Shown piece by piece: positions 18,527 to 26,210 of a DNA stretch of 43,121 nucleotides. The stretch spans positions 1 to 43,121 of the IMG/VR virus record IMGVR_UViG_3300045988_071163. The stretch is one strand, 5' to 3'. Both the position numbers and the translations under genes were made by a program. Position 1 is the first letter of the stretch. Each line of letters begins with the position of its first letter. The notes beneath the pieces are model-generated. The model saw nothing but the letters and a program-made list of their open reading frames with translations, had not been told where the DNA came from and ran no database searches. The stretch comes from a virus.

Positions 18527-19010
18527 TGTTGAACACCTTTGTTGCAATGTTGACTATTTCTGGTCGAAGCGCTTCATAAGTTTCATGAGCGAATGGTCTT
18601 GCTTGCATACCCATCGTCCAGTGCCATCCATCTTCATCAAAATAATTCCATCCTTCTTCGCCATGATTGTTTACATCATAACGATATCCGACAGTGTCAT
18701 GTGGATGCGGTGAACGGGCACCCTTTATCCCCGTGCCAAATTCAACAAACATAGCATACCCACACCTGTTTAAAATTCTGGTTGAGGTACCTGTGCTAGT
18801 ATAGTCAATCCACTTGATAAGATTCGCCTTAGAACATGGCATACGATATTTTGCTATTTCGTCGAACATTACTCCAGACCCACGCACACCAATTTCTTCC
18901 ATCAATTTTGCCTGTTTAGTTTTCATTGAACTTTGATATTCCTTAAGACTAGAGATGGCTTGACTGATACTTTCATCGTTCAATCTTACCTTTATATTCC
19001 TTGATTGCAT
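18519..19010 (-). CDS. HK97 gp10-like head-tail/tail component
   Basis: The AMFVEFGTGIKG motif and the gene position. Confidence 0.55.
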   Translation of the reverse strand: MQSRNIKVRLNDESISQAISSLKEYQSSMKTKQAKLMEEIGVRGSGVMFDEIAKYRMPCSKANLIKWIDYTSTGTSTRILNRCGYAMFVEFGTGIKGARSPHPHDTVGYRYDVNNHGEEGWNYFDEDGWHWTMGMQARPFAHETYEALRPEIVNIATKVFNND

Positions 19011-19323
19011 ATCTCTTCTCCCTCTTACTTGTTGCGACTTTTGCCACTACATAGTTATAGGTCTTTGATGTATCGACACCAATCCATAATCTTGAATACT
19101 CATTGATAGGACAATTTGTATCTGTCGTAGTCATTTCTCTGTCATAATCAGTGTCCTTACCAAACACGTCATAATTCGAATCGCCTTTTGCTACAGAAAG
19201 TGAAATCTTCATTCTTTTTGGTTCAGTATAACCACCTATTTTATTTCCGTACTTGTCAACGCCGTTGTCTTTTAAAAACAACGCATAATATATTGTTGAT
19301 TGGTCTCTTTTGAAATTTCTCAT
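18973..19323 (-). CDS. Head closure / head-tail adaptor protein (assigned by position)
   Basis: 116 aa, between the connector and the gp10-like gene. Confidence 0.45.
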   Translation of the reverse strand: MRNFKRDQSTIYYALFLKDNGVDKYGNKIGGYTEPKRMKISLSVAKGDSNYDVFGKDTDYDREMTTTDTNCPINEYSRLWIGVDTSKTYNYVVAKVATSKREKRYAIKEYKGKIER

Positions 19324-19659
19324 TTAGAACACCTTTGCTTTGGGGATGATTTCCCTTAAAAGTGCAGGTGATACATCTGCACTCGCCCATTGGCGTGTAG
19401 TTCCATTTTCTGTATGAGTCAATTCGCCTTCTGCACCTGCTTTTGCAAATAATTCCACTGCAATTCTAATCTGCAAGTCTTTGTATCTATCTTCGAGAAT
19501 ATACTCCCCATTTTCATCAATAGGGAATTCATGATAAGGGTAGCGATTAGAAAGGATGATGAGTTTGGCACTTTGTAGAAGCACTTCTAAATCATCGTTA
19601 TCAACATCATCGTCTTTTAATTTAATCTTTAGAATTTCTTCTTGTGTCACATTTATCAT
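19324..19659 (-). CDS. gp6-like head-tail connector protein
   Basis: ILKIKLKDDDVDNDDLEVLLQSAKLIILS fits the Phage_connect_1 N-terminal pattern. Confidence 0.6.
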   Translation of the reverse strand: MINVTQEEILKIKLKDDDVDNDDLEVLLQSAKLIILSNRYPYHEFPIDENGEYILEDRYKDLQIRIAVELFAKAGAEGELTHTENGTTRQWASADVSPALLREIIPKAKVF

Positions 19660-19674
19660 CTCCTCTCGTAACTG

Positions 19675-19815
19675 CTAATCCACTTCTTTTGCAAACTCTT
19701 TTTCGATGAGTTCCATTGCTCTAATTTCTGTGACTTTAATCACGTCTCCTACTTTTCGTAGGACTTTTTTGTTTTTTGCATCATAAAATGCTTTAATTAC
19801 TTCTACTTTTTTCAT
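19675..19815 (-). CDS. Small hypothetical protein (46 aa), not in the ORF track
   Basis: MKKVEVIKAFYDAKNKKVLRKVGDVIKVTEIRAMELIEKEFAKEVD with a GAGGGGGA RBS. It fills the gap between the capsid and connector genes. Confidence 0.45.
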   Translation of the reverse strand: MKKVEVIKAFYDAKNKKVLRKVGDVIKVTEIRAMELIEKEFAKEVD

Positions 19816-19829
19816 TCTCTAGTCCCCCT

Positions 19830-20693
19830 CTAGACTGTAGGAATTTCGTCTCCTGCTGCTTGACTAGTAGTTGCACTCTTAACAACCTTGACAATGAAGT
19901 TCTGGTCAGTTAAAGCGAAGATACCATATTTTCTTAGGAAAGCAGTGTTCTCACGCTTATTAGCATTTTCTGCTGAACGGCTTCCTTTAGTTGATACTTC
20001 GGCTTCTGCTCCTAATTTGTTGAAATAAGTGACCGCTTGTTTAGTTGCAACTGCAAACTGCCCTTTAGTTGCTAAAGCAGATGTGTAGATGTTTACACCG
20101 GCAACTGTTCCAATGTAGCCGTTACGCGCATATGCCTCAACATACTTAAGTAAATCCCCTAAGTTCTTACGAAGTTCTGCAACATCATCCTTGTGAACTA
20201 ATGCAAAAACTCCTAATCCTGTGATTTCAGTTGATTCGCTGATTCTTAAATCCTTGATAGATGCTACCGCATCAACAAAACAGTTGAAATCGAACTTAGC
20301 AGTTTCCACTTTCTGAGTGGCGTTTGCAAACTCAGCAATGGCCTTCTGGTTGGCAGTGTTGAACATGTCAACTGCCTGATGTTCTAATCCTTTATCAACT
20401 ACTAATGGGTCTTCCATTTCATCTTCATCATACCAATCGAATCTGTTCTGTAATGTCTTGATTGTGTATTCTGTTTCAGTGTAGCTGGCTGTGATTGACT
20501 TAGTGTTTCCTTCACCTTTTGCTACTGTTTCCGTACCATTAGTTGCTACATAAGTACGAATTTTTTTCTTCATGCCAGGTTCGCCTGTTAATGAGTTATC
20601 AACAGTACAGAACTGCATTAAGTCTAGATATGTCTGGTATTGGTCTTCAAACTTGTTTTCCAATACATAATTAGGATATGGTGTGTTTGCCAT
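19830..20693 (-). CDS. Major capsid protein
   Basis: 287 aa, directly downstream of the DUF4355-type scaffold gene. Strong expression signals. Confidence 0.8.
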   Translation of the reverse strand: MANTPYPNYVLENKFEDQYQTYLDLMQFCTVDNSLTGEPGMKKKIRTYVATNGTETVAKGEGNTKSITASYTETEYTIKTLQNRFDWYDEDEMEDPLVVDKGLEHQAVDMFNTANQKAIAEFANATQKVETAKFDFNCFVDAVASIKDLRISESTEITGLGVFALVHKDDVAELRKNLGDLLKYVEAYARNGYIGTVAGVNIYTSALATKGQFAVATKQAVTYFNKLGAEAEVSTKGSRSAENANKRENTAFLRKYGIFALTDQNFIVKVVKSATTSQAAGDEIPTV

Positions 20694-20698
20694 ATATC

Positions 20699-21274
20699 TT
20701 ATTCTCCTTTGCCGTAAATTGACTGATATTCACTAGGATTTTCTTCGGCGAACTTCATCTGTTCCCTTAATGACATTGTGCTTAACTTCTCTTTTGTCAT
20801 AGTATCGTCGTGATTATCGTCCTGTCCTGGCGTTTTAGTATTGTTTAACGCCTCTGCTTTGTATTTCTTGTTTAATTCAGCATTAAAAATTTCCTGCTGC
20901 TTGAAAAATGATTTCATATCACCCTCGGCTAAAGCACTAGCCACTTTGTGCGCACTCTCCTCGTTATATCCCATAGATATGAATTTTTTCTCATTTTCCA
21001 TGATTGATAGTTTTTTTGTGAGATCAGCGTTTTGACTGGCCAATTCATCTAACTGTCTCTGAGTTTCTTCTTTATTAATCTCTTCCTGTGATTTATTCGC
21101 ATTGAGCTGCTTTCTATAATTGGCTGCTTCCTTTGCGTTTTTATCACTTTTATCTTTCATAGCGTTATATTCTCTGACTGATACAGTAGAATTGTCTGCT
21201 TCTAACATTTCGATTAAATCTTCGATTGTTGTGTCTTCAGTTAATCTAGCGCCTAAAATTTCTCTTACGTTCAT
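20699..21274 (-). CDS. Scaffolding protein (DUF4355-like)
   Basis: 191 aa, highly charged coiled coil, between the portal and capsid genes. Confidence 0.75.
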   Translation of the reverse strand: MNVREILGARLTEDTTIEDLIEMLEADNSTVSVREYNAMKDKSDKNAKEAANYRKQLNANKSQEEINKEETQRQLDELASQNADLTKKLSIMENEKKFISMGYNEESAHKVASALAEGDMKSFFKQQEIFNAELNKKYKAEALNNTKTPGQDDNHDDTMTKEKLSTMSLREQMKFAEENPSEYQSIYGKGE

Positions 21275-21286
21275 TTTGATTCTCCT

Positions 21287-21382
21287 TGCTCTTTAAAGTT
21301 TTTCTCTAACTATGTATGTGCTTTTTAAAGTTTTTCTCTAACTGTATATGTGCTCTTTAAAGTTTTTCTCTAACTCAAATAT
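21287..21382. repeat. Three tandem copies of a 32-bp unit (tgctctttaaagtttttctctaact + variable 7 nt)
   Basis: Units at 21287..21318, 21319..21350 and 21351..21382. Followed by a short ctaactcaaatat x2 sub-repeat running to 21397. Confidence 0.9.
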
Positions 21383-21397
21383 ACTAACTCAAATATG

Positions 21398-22924
21398 CTA
21401 GCCGGAATTTACAAATGACATCTGCATATTCTGGTCATCAGTTACTGTCGCTGGGTTATCTCCCTGTGGATTGCTTTGCAAATCCTTATCTTCGCTATTG
21501 ACAGTTGTATTTAATTCAGTGTTATATGCTGCGTCCAGGTACTCCCTGCTGTCCACATATACCTGCTGAGGGTCGCTGAATAAGTCAGCAGTTTGAATGG
21601 CAACTCTTGGATGGATGCCGAATGTCTTCATGTTTAGAAGCCCCTGTGTCTTGACAAGCATGTTTGTGACCTTGTTTCTAGAGAACTTGATATCAATATC
21701 TCTTAGTTTGACTTCTTCCTTAACAACTGTATTGCTTCGGTCGAGAATGTTTTTAACGATAGCGAGGAACTTTTTTTCCCCTTCATCGAACATCTCTTCA
21801 AGTCGATAAGCATCTTCTTCTGCTTCCTGCCATCCACCACTCAGCATAGATGACTGCCCTGTTGTAGAACCACTCTGCGCTTCTCTAGAAGGCATAGCGC
21901 AGATCTGCAGTAACTGGGCATATAAGTAATCACTCAGACTCTGAATTTCATTCTGATTAAGCGATGTCTCAATCGTCTTTACGGACGCCGTAGTTCCGTT
22001 TCGGCTTGTTGTGGATAATGCACCGTTCTCTCTAAGTTCGTCGTAGTCTTCCTTATTCATGTCAACGTTATCGAACCAAATGAATGACTGTACATTCTGT
22101 GCCAGTCCATTCAGTCTGTCGCTTGTGCATGTATTGATTGCATTTAATAGACCGATGGCTCTCTCAAAGCAGCCCATCTTGTCATAATCCTGTCGATATT
22201 CAACAATAGGAATTGCTCCGATACCATTTACGCTTTCTTCGACCTCACCGACATGTGTATCTGTGAACTGAAACACCCTGTCATTCGTGTAGGCCGTATA
22301 ATGCGTTTCTTCTACAACCCCTTTATCGTTCATATCACGCCAGTATGTGACTGCAAGTAACGGATCGTGAAAAATGTCGGGACTGTAGATGATGAATGTG
22401 TTCATAGGATCCAGGTTGACAATTCTGAAAGGTGTATAAGCAGTTTTATCCTTCTGAGGAAAAACCCCTCTATATCCAACACCGCATGTTAGAAATGTCT
22501 TTGCTAGTTCCTGGTCCTTTGTGTGCTTTCTTTCGTCAAAGCACATGCTGTTTAGTTCACCGATGTACCCATCGTCCTCGTCTGATGTAGTTTCGCTCTT
22601 CAATTCCTGTTCAGCCTTCTGAACATATCTGATTGGCGAGCCAAACACGAAAGCCGTCTTGAAATTAACAATCTGTGATGCGTGATTCTCTACTATCTTC
22701 TCGTTAATTTCGGGCCTTACAGGCTTCTCTCTATCAAGGATGTCCTGTCTTCCCTTCTCGTACTCGATAAGGTACTTTATATCCTTGCGGTTTAATTCGT
22801 GTGTCTGCATCGCATATGTGACTACTCTCTGAACATTATCTCTTGTGATTTCTGATTCACTTGAATAGATTGTCTTTCTGCCTCTGTTAATCACCAACGC
22901 TGCCTCCTTCCACACGAATTTCAA
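21398..22924 (-). CDS. Portal protein (SPP1 gp6-like)
   Basis: 508 aa, downstream of terL. The true start is probably the TTG at 22897 or the GTG at 22894, which follow GGAGG and overlap the upstream stop. Confidence 0.9.
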   Translation of the reverse strand: MKFVWKEAALVINRGRKTIYSSESEITRDNVQRVVTYAMQTHELNRKDIKYLIEYEKGRQDILDREKPVRPEINEKIVENHASQIVNFKTAFVFGSPIRYVQKAEQELKSETTSDEDDGYIGELNSMCFDERKHTKDQELAKTFLTCGVGYRGVFPQKDKTAYTPFRIVNLDPMNTFIIYSPDIFHDPLLAVTYWRDMNDKGVVEETHYTAYTNDRVFQFTDTHVGEVEESVNGIGAIPIVEYRQDYDKMGCFERAIGLLNAINTCTSDRLNGLAQNVQSFIWFDNVDMNKEDYDELRENGALSTTSRNGTTASVKTIETSLNQNEIQSLSDYLYAQLLQICAMPSREAQSGSTTGQSSMLSGGWQEAEEDAYRLEEMFDEGEKKFLAIVKNILDRSNTVVKEEVKLRDIDIKFSRNKVTNMLVKTQGLLNMKTFGIHPRVAIQTADLFSDPQQVYVDSREYLDAAYNTELNTTVNSEDKDLQSNPQGDNPATVTDDQNMQMSFVNSG

Positions 22925-23045
22925 TTTCTTTCTTGTCTACCTTGCACCAGAGATATAGCGTGCCGCTTGTATCGTCGCTTACTCTGCCTAGTATCTTCTT
23001 TTTCCCTCTCTTCAAGCAGAGAGGACAATATATATTCTTTTTCAT
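22887..23045 (-). CDS. Small Cys-rich (KTR-like zinc-ribbon-like) protein
   Basis: MKKNIYCPLCLKRGKKKILGRVSDDTSGTLYLWCKVDKKEIEIRVE. GGGAGGAAA RBS 5 nt before the ATG at 23045. Confidence 0.5.
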   Translation of the reverse strand: MKKNIYCPLCLKRGKKKILGRVSDDTSGTLYLWCKVDKKEIEIRVEGGSVGD

Positions 23046-23165
23046 TGATTTCCTCCCTGTAATGAACAGATATGAGGGATGCCTTGTAGGTGACATAGGG
23101 GGTAGGCAAATGAATGCAGGCATCCCTAATATCATTGTATTTTGCAGAGAGAGAAACGGCGCCTT

Positions 23166-24824
23166 TTAGCACGGTCTTTTGAATATTTCTTTTATCGTTC
23201 CATAGCCTCCGTACAGTCTGTCACACAACTGTGACAAGCTGTCGGGCGCATCGTCATGCTCGTTCTTGCCGAGTATCTTGAATGAGAACAGATTGTTCAT
23301 GAACATTGAATACTCCTTTGAGCGTTTGCCTGGCTCAAGGAAATAGAACTCTCTAATATCGGGCGCATTCTGAAATATACGCACCTCTTTTGCCTTTGTT
23401 GTCGGCGCACTGTGTGATGTTATGACACATTTGTAGCCAAGTCGTTCAAGTTCCTTCTCTACATCTTCAGCGTAGCCTTCACCACCATTATTCTTTTCGA
23501 CATCGCAGTCCTGTACACCCCACGAAGCGATTTTCTTCGCCACTTCCGGCTGCGTTATTCTCTTATCGCCGTTATTGAACACAACGTCTGGTATATATAC
23601 CGTTCCATCTGCATACTGATAGGCTATTGGAGCGCTCACGTAGTCACCGCCGCCCCAGGCAGTGTCTACCACGGTCAGTCTTCTGACTGGTTCCTCATTC
23701 GGCAGTATTCCGTTATAGAACTTCATATCTCCGCCGTTGAACAATGCGCCTTCACGTTCTACAGGCTCTCCCTGGTACTGTGCGAACCAGGATGCCATGT
23801 CATCGTTTCTCTCGAATGATGCCCTTCTCTGCTGATAGTATTCAGTAGAGAATCCAACGCCATAGTCATAGTCGAAATTGGATTCATCATTCTCATTGAG
23901 TGCTGGCAGATTCACAATCTTATACTTTCTTGACTTGAAGTTCGGATCATTCAATATAAGGTCCTGTCTTAGACCAGCCGGGTCAACAAGCGACCATCTA
24001 GTACCTATCCACAATACCTTGCTTCCCTGTTTAGCACGTGTGATGAGGTTGTTATCCACTAGTTTCCAAGTCTTGTACATACGCTCCGGATTGAGTGCTT
24101 CTTCGATACCGCCAATCAAGTCATCACCGATAAGCACGCCGTTACAGTCGCATGAACCATTCAGTGTTCCGTAGATAGAACGACATGTAAGTGTCGGATA
24201 TCTCTTCTTTCGCTCTAAATCCAGTGTGTTCAATCTAGAGTTCTGATTCACTATGACGGATGCTGGAAAAATCTCACTGTATGTATAGGTCATATTGTCA
24301 TTGATGATTTCATTTATACCTTCATAGAACGAATGCGTGATTGTATCGGAGAAACTGCTGTACAGATTCGTCTTCTCTGAATTGATTCCCATGAGCCATG
24401 TAAGAAAGAACATGATCAGTGTTGTCTTGCCTACTCGTGGCGGCATTGAAATAAACAGTTCCTGCAGGTTTCCGTCATGGAGGTCCTGCAGATCTTTTAC
24501 TACGGTTTTCAGTATCTTCATTCGAGGGCGGTAGAACTGCTCATTGACAGGTCTGTTTATCTCGAGATAGAGCATGTAGTCCTCGAACGAATAATGCGCC
24601 GTAAACAGGAATGTCTTCTTATACATCTGATACATGTTGTATCGTTCCTCGATATCCTTGCTTCTGTTGCTGTTTGCTTCAGCCAGTCTGTGCCTTAAGT
24701 CCTTGTTCAGATGTAAAAGCGTATCCTTGTCGTTCGTAGCATAGCAGTTCAGTACGATGTCATACTTGGCAGTAAGACTGTCAGTACTCTTGTACAGTTT
24801 CACTTTCTTCTTATCTATTGCCAT
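23166..24824 (-). CDS. terL: Terminase large subunit
   Basis: Walker A MPPRVGKTT and a C-terminal nuclease-like region. I chose the start at 24824 (MAIDKKK) because of the GAAGGAGGAAAT RBS. Confidence 0.9.
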   Translation of the reverse strand: MAIDKKKVKLYKSTDSLTAKYDIVLNCYATNDKDTLLHLNKDLRHRLAEANSNRSKDIEERYNMYQMYKKTFLFTAHYSFEDYMLYLEINRPVNEQFYRPRMKILKTVVKDLQDLHDGNLQELFISMPPRVGKTTLIMFFLTWLMGINSEKTNLYSSFSDTITHSFYEGINEIINDNMTYTYSEIFPASVIVNQNSRLNTLDLERKKRYPTLTCRSIYGTLNGSCDCNGVLIGDDLIGGIEEALNPERMYKTWKLVDNNLITRAKQGSKVLWIGTRWSLVDPAGLRQDLILNDPNFKSRKYKIVNLPALNENDESNFDYDYGVGFSTEYYQQRRASFERNDDMASWFAQYQGEPVEREGALFNGGDMKFYNGILPNEEPVRRLTVVDTAWGGGDYVSAPIAYQYADGTVYIPDVVFNNGDKRITQPEVAKKIASWGVQDCDVEKNNGGEGYAEDVEKELERLGYKCVITSHSAPTTKAKEVRIFQNAPDIREFYFLEPGKRSKEYSMFMNNLFSFKILGKNEHDDAPDSLSQLCDRLYGGYGTIKEIFKRPC

Positions 24825-24842
24825 ATTTCCTCCTTCATTGCA

Positions 24843-24881
24843 CAAAAAAAAGAGCCTACACCATATGTGGTGCATGGCTCT
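24843..24881 (-). terminator. Terminator directly after the recombinase gene and just upstream of the terL RBS
   Basis: agagcc..cacca tatg tggtg..ggctct compound hairpin, followed on the minus strand by U8. Confidence 0.65.
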
Positions 24882-25437
24882 AGGCTCTATGCTTATAATA
24901 CGTCGCTCTGCTCACATTGCACTGCTTGCAGGCATCTGTTATCGATACACCCTGTCTGACCAGGTTATCTACCTCTTCGATTGAGACAGTCGGTCTTCCA
25001 ATGCTCTTTCCTCTCTTGCGTGCAGCTTTGAGACCTTCAACGGTTCTCTCCACCATCATGTCATGCTCCTGCTGAGCGAGTGATGAAAGCACCTCGAGGA
25101 TTATGTTGTTTATCATCTCGATGATCCATTCCTGTCCGTCCAGTTCAATCATTGTTGTAGGCATATTAAGTATTCTTATTATGACACCCCTGTCTTGAAA
25201 GAATTTAATTTCATCTTTTATGAGTTGCTTGTTTCTTCCGAGTCTATCAAGTGCGTGGATGTATAGTTCATCCCCTTTTTTAATTATTTCCTTTAATTTG
25301 CAGTAGTTTGGTCTGTCGATTCTTGTGCCCGTGTACTTGTCACTGTAAATATAGTCTACATTGTATGAGCGCAGGCTGTCTATCTGTCTGTCGAGAGACT
25401 GCTTTCCTGTGCTCACTCGTGCGTAGCCGTATTTCAT
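24880..25437 (-). CDS. Small serine recombinase (resolvase/invertase family)
   Basis: 185 aa. MKYGYARVSTGKQSLDRQ catalytic N-terminus and a C-terminal HTH (ITDACKQCNVSRATYYKH). Confidence 0.9.
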   Translation of the reverse strand: MKYGYARVSTGKQSLDRQIDSLRSYNVDYIYSDKYTGTRIDRPNYCKLKEIIKKGDELYIHALDRLGRNKQLIKDEIKFFQDRGVIIRILNMPTTMIELDGQEWIIEMINNIILEVLSSLAQQEHDMMVERTVEGLKAARKRGKSIGRPTVSIEEVDNLVRQGVSITDACKQCNVSRATYYKHRA

Positions 25438-25706
25438 CGCTTGAATCTTCCTCTGTTGTCTTTTCTATCGGGCACTTCATCTAGTACGACTGTTCTTTCT
25501 GCTCTGTCATTGCCGCCTCGGGGTCTGATGATGATGTCGTAGTCGAGTTCGTTGCATATGTTGATTAGGATGCTGACCTTTGTGTCGCTTCTTCTAGATA
25601 TCTCACCTATACTTGCACCGCTCTTATATCCTAGTCTATCAGCAAGTCTTGCAAATGAGCTGTTATTGTCATCAATCATCTTTCTTAAGCATTCTTTTAA
25701 GTTCAT
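25434..25706 (-). CDS. HTH DNA-binding protein, translationally coupled to the recombinase
   Basis: 90 aa with SFARLADRLGYKSGASIGEISRR. ATGA overlap with the recombinase start. GGAGG RBS. Confidence 0.6.
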   Translation of the reverse strand: MNLKECLRKMIDDNNSSFARLADRLGYKSGASIGEISRRSDTKVSILINICNELDYDIIIRPRGGNDRAERTVVLDEVPDRKDNRGRFKR

Positions 25707-25726
25707 AATATCTACCTCCTAGGCAT

Positions 25727-25755
25727 AGTATATCATTGCTCTCGGCATCTGTCAA
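25727..25755 (-). promoter_or_regulatory. Promoter TTGACA-N17-TATACT for the HTH-recombinase unit
   Basis: On the minus strand the -35 is at 25755..25750 and the -10 at 25732..25727. Confidence 0.65.
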
Positions 25756-25768
25756 CAATATTTATTGT
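25755..25768. promoter_or_regulatory. Palindrome ACAATA-tt-TATTGT abutting the -35; candidate operator or recombinase site
   Basis: Perfect 6-bp arms. ACAATAAAAA recurs at 25889..25898 and 25903..25912. Confidence 0.35.
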
Positions 25769-25926
25769 ATGGTCTTAAAATTAGGCCGTCGGTGGTAGCG
25801 GGGTTGAGCAGTATTGGTAAAACCATCAAAAAAATGGGGAGGGCGGGGGTATTAAAAAGATTATGTCTAAAAAACGAACGATTAAAAGACAATAAAAAAT
25901 ATACAATAAAAATTATTTATTATCTA

Positions 25927-25954
25927 TTGACATGAACAATATTTAATATATAAT
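25927..25954 (+). promoter_or_regulatory. Near-consensus promoter TTGACA-N16-TATAAT for the amidoligase operon
   Basis: -35 at 25927..25932 and -10 at 25949..25954, about 257 nt upstream of the ATG at 26211. Confidence 0.7.
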
Positions 25955-25960
25955 GATGGT

Positions 25961-25982
25961 GTAATCAATAAATGTTGATTAC
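25961..25982 (+). promoter_or_regulatory. 5'-proximal 8-bp perfect hairpin at the predicted transcript start
   Basis: gtaatcaa taaatg ttgattac. Confidence 0.45.
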
Positions 25983-26073
25983 TTGATAGTTCATTGACAA
26001 TTGAATACGTGAAAATCTCAAAAGGAAAAGAGAAACGTATATATACATATTGCTATGTATAGTATTAAAAATA

Positions 26074-26136
26074 AAAGAGATTAATTCACAACGTACCAAT
26101 CTATATATAGATGTACATATTAGAATTAATCTCTTT
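26074..26136 (+). promoter_or_regulatory. Long leader hairpin: 14-bp perfect inverted repeat enclosing a 14-bp palindrome
   Basis: aaagagattaattc (26074..26087) pairs with gaattaatctcttt (26123..26136). The inner palindrome atctatatatagat is at 26099..26112. Followed by TTTATATT. Confidence 0.5.
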
Positions 26137-26210
26137 ATATTAGTGCTATATGTTTTAGCCGACAAATAGCAACATGATTATATCATATGTTTTTCTTAAG
26201 GTAAAACATT

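Noticed and set aside
21287-21382. Tandem repeats here and at 28907..28947, considered as a possible CRISPR array.
   Set aside because: There are only 2-3 directly abutting units with no unique spacers between them, and no cas genes or leader.
22921-23172. ORFs 22921..23172 (minus) and 22933..23169 (plus), and the long version (to 23135) of the small Cys-rich ORF.
   Set aside because: The only start with a strong RBS is the ATG at 23045. The alternatives overlap the hairpin and the terL stop and have no translation signals.
25778-25806. aaattaggccgtcggtggtagcgggg resembles the T-box core (AAUUAGGGUGGUACCGCG) or the 5' part of a tRNA.
   Set aside because: It lies upstream of the mapped plus-strand promoter. 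There is no specifier stem, no terminator/antiterminator pair and no T-arm (GGTTCGAAT-like). The similarity is short and interrupted.
25965-26165. 66-aa minus-strand ORF in the region upstream of the amidoligase gene.
   Set aside because: It lies in very AT-rich DNA, has no RBS, overlaps the leader hairpins, and its product is Ile/Leu/Tyr/Asn-rich low complexity. It more likely reflects composition.
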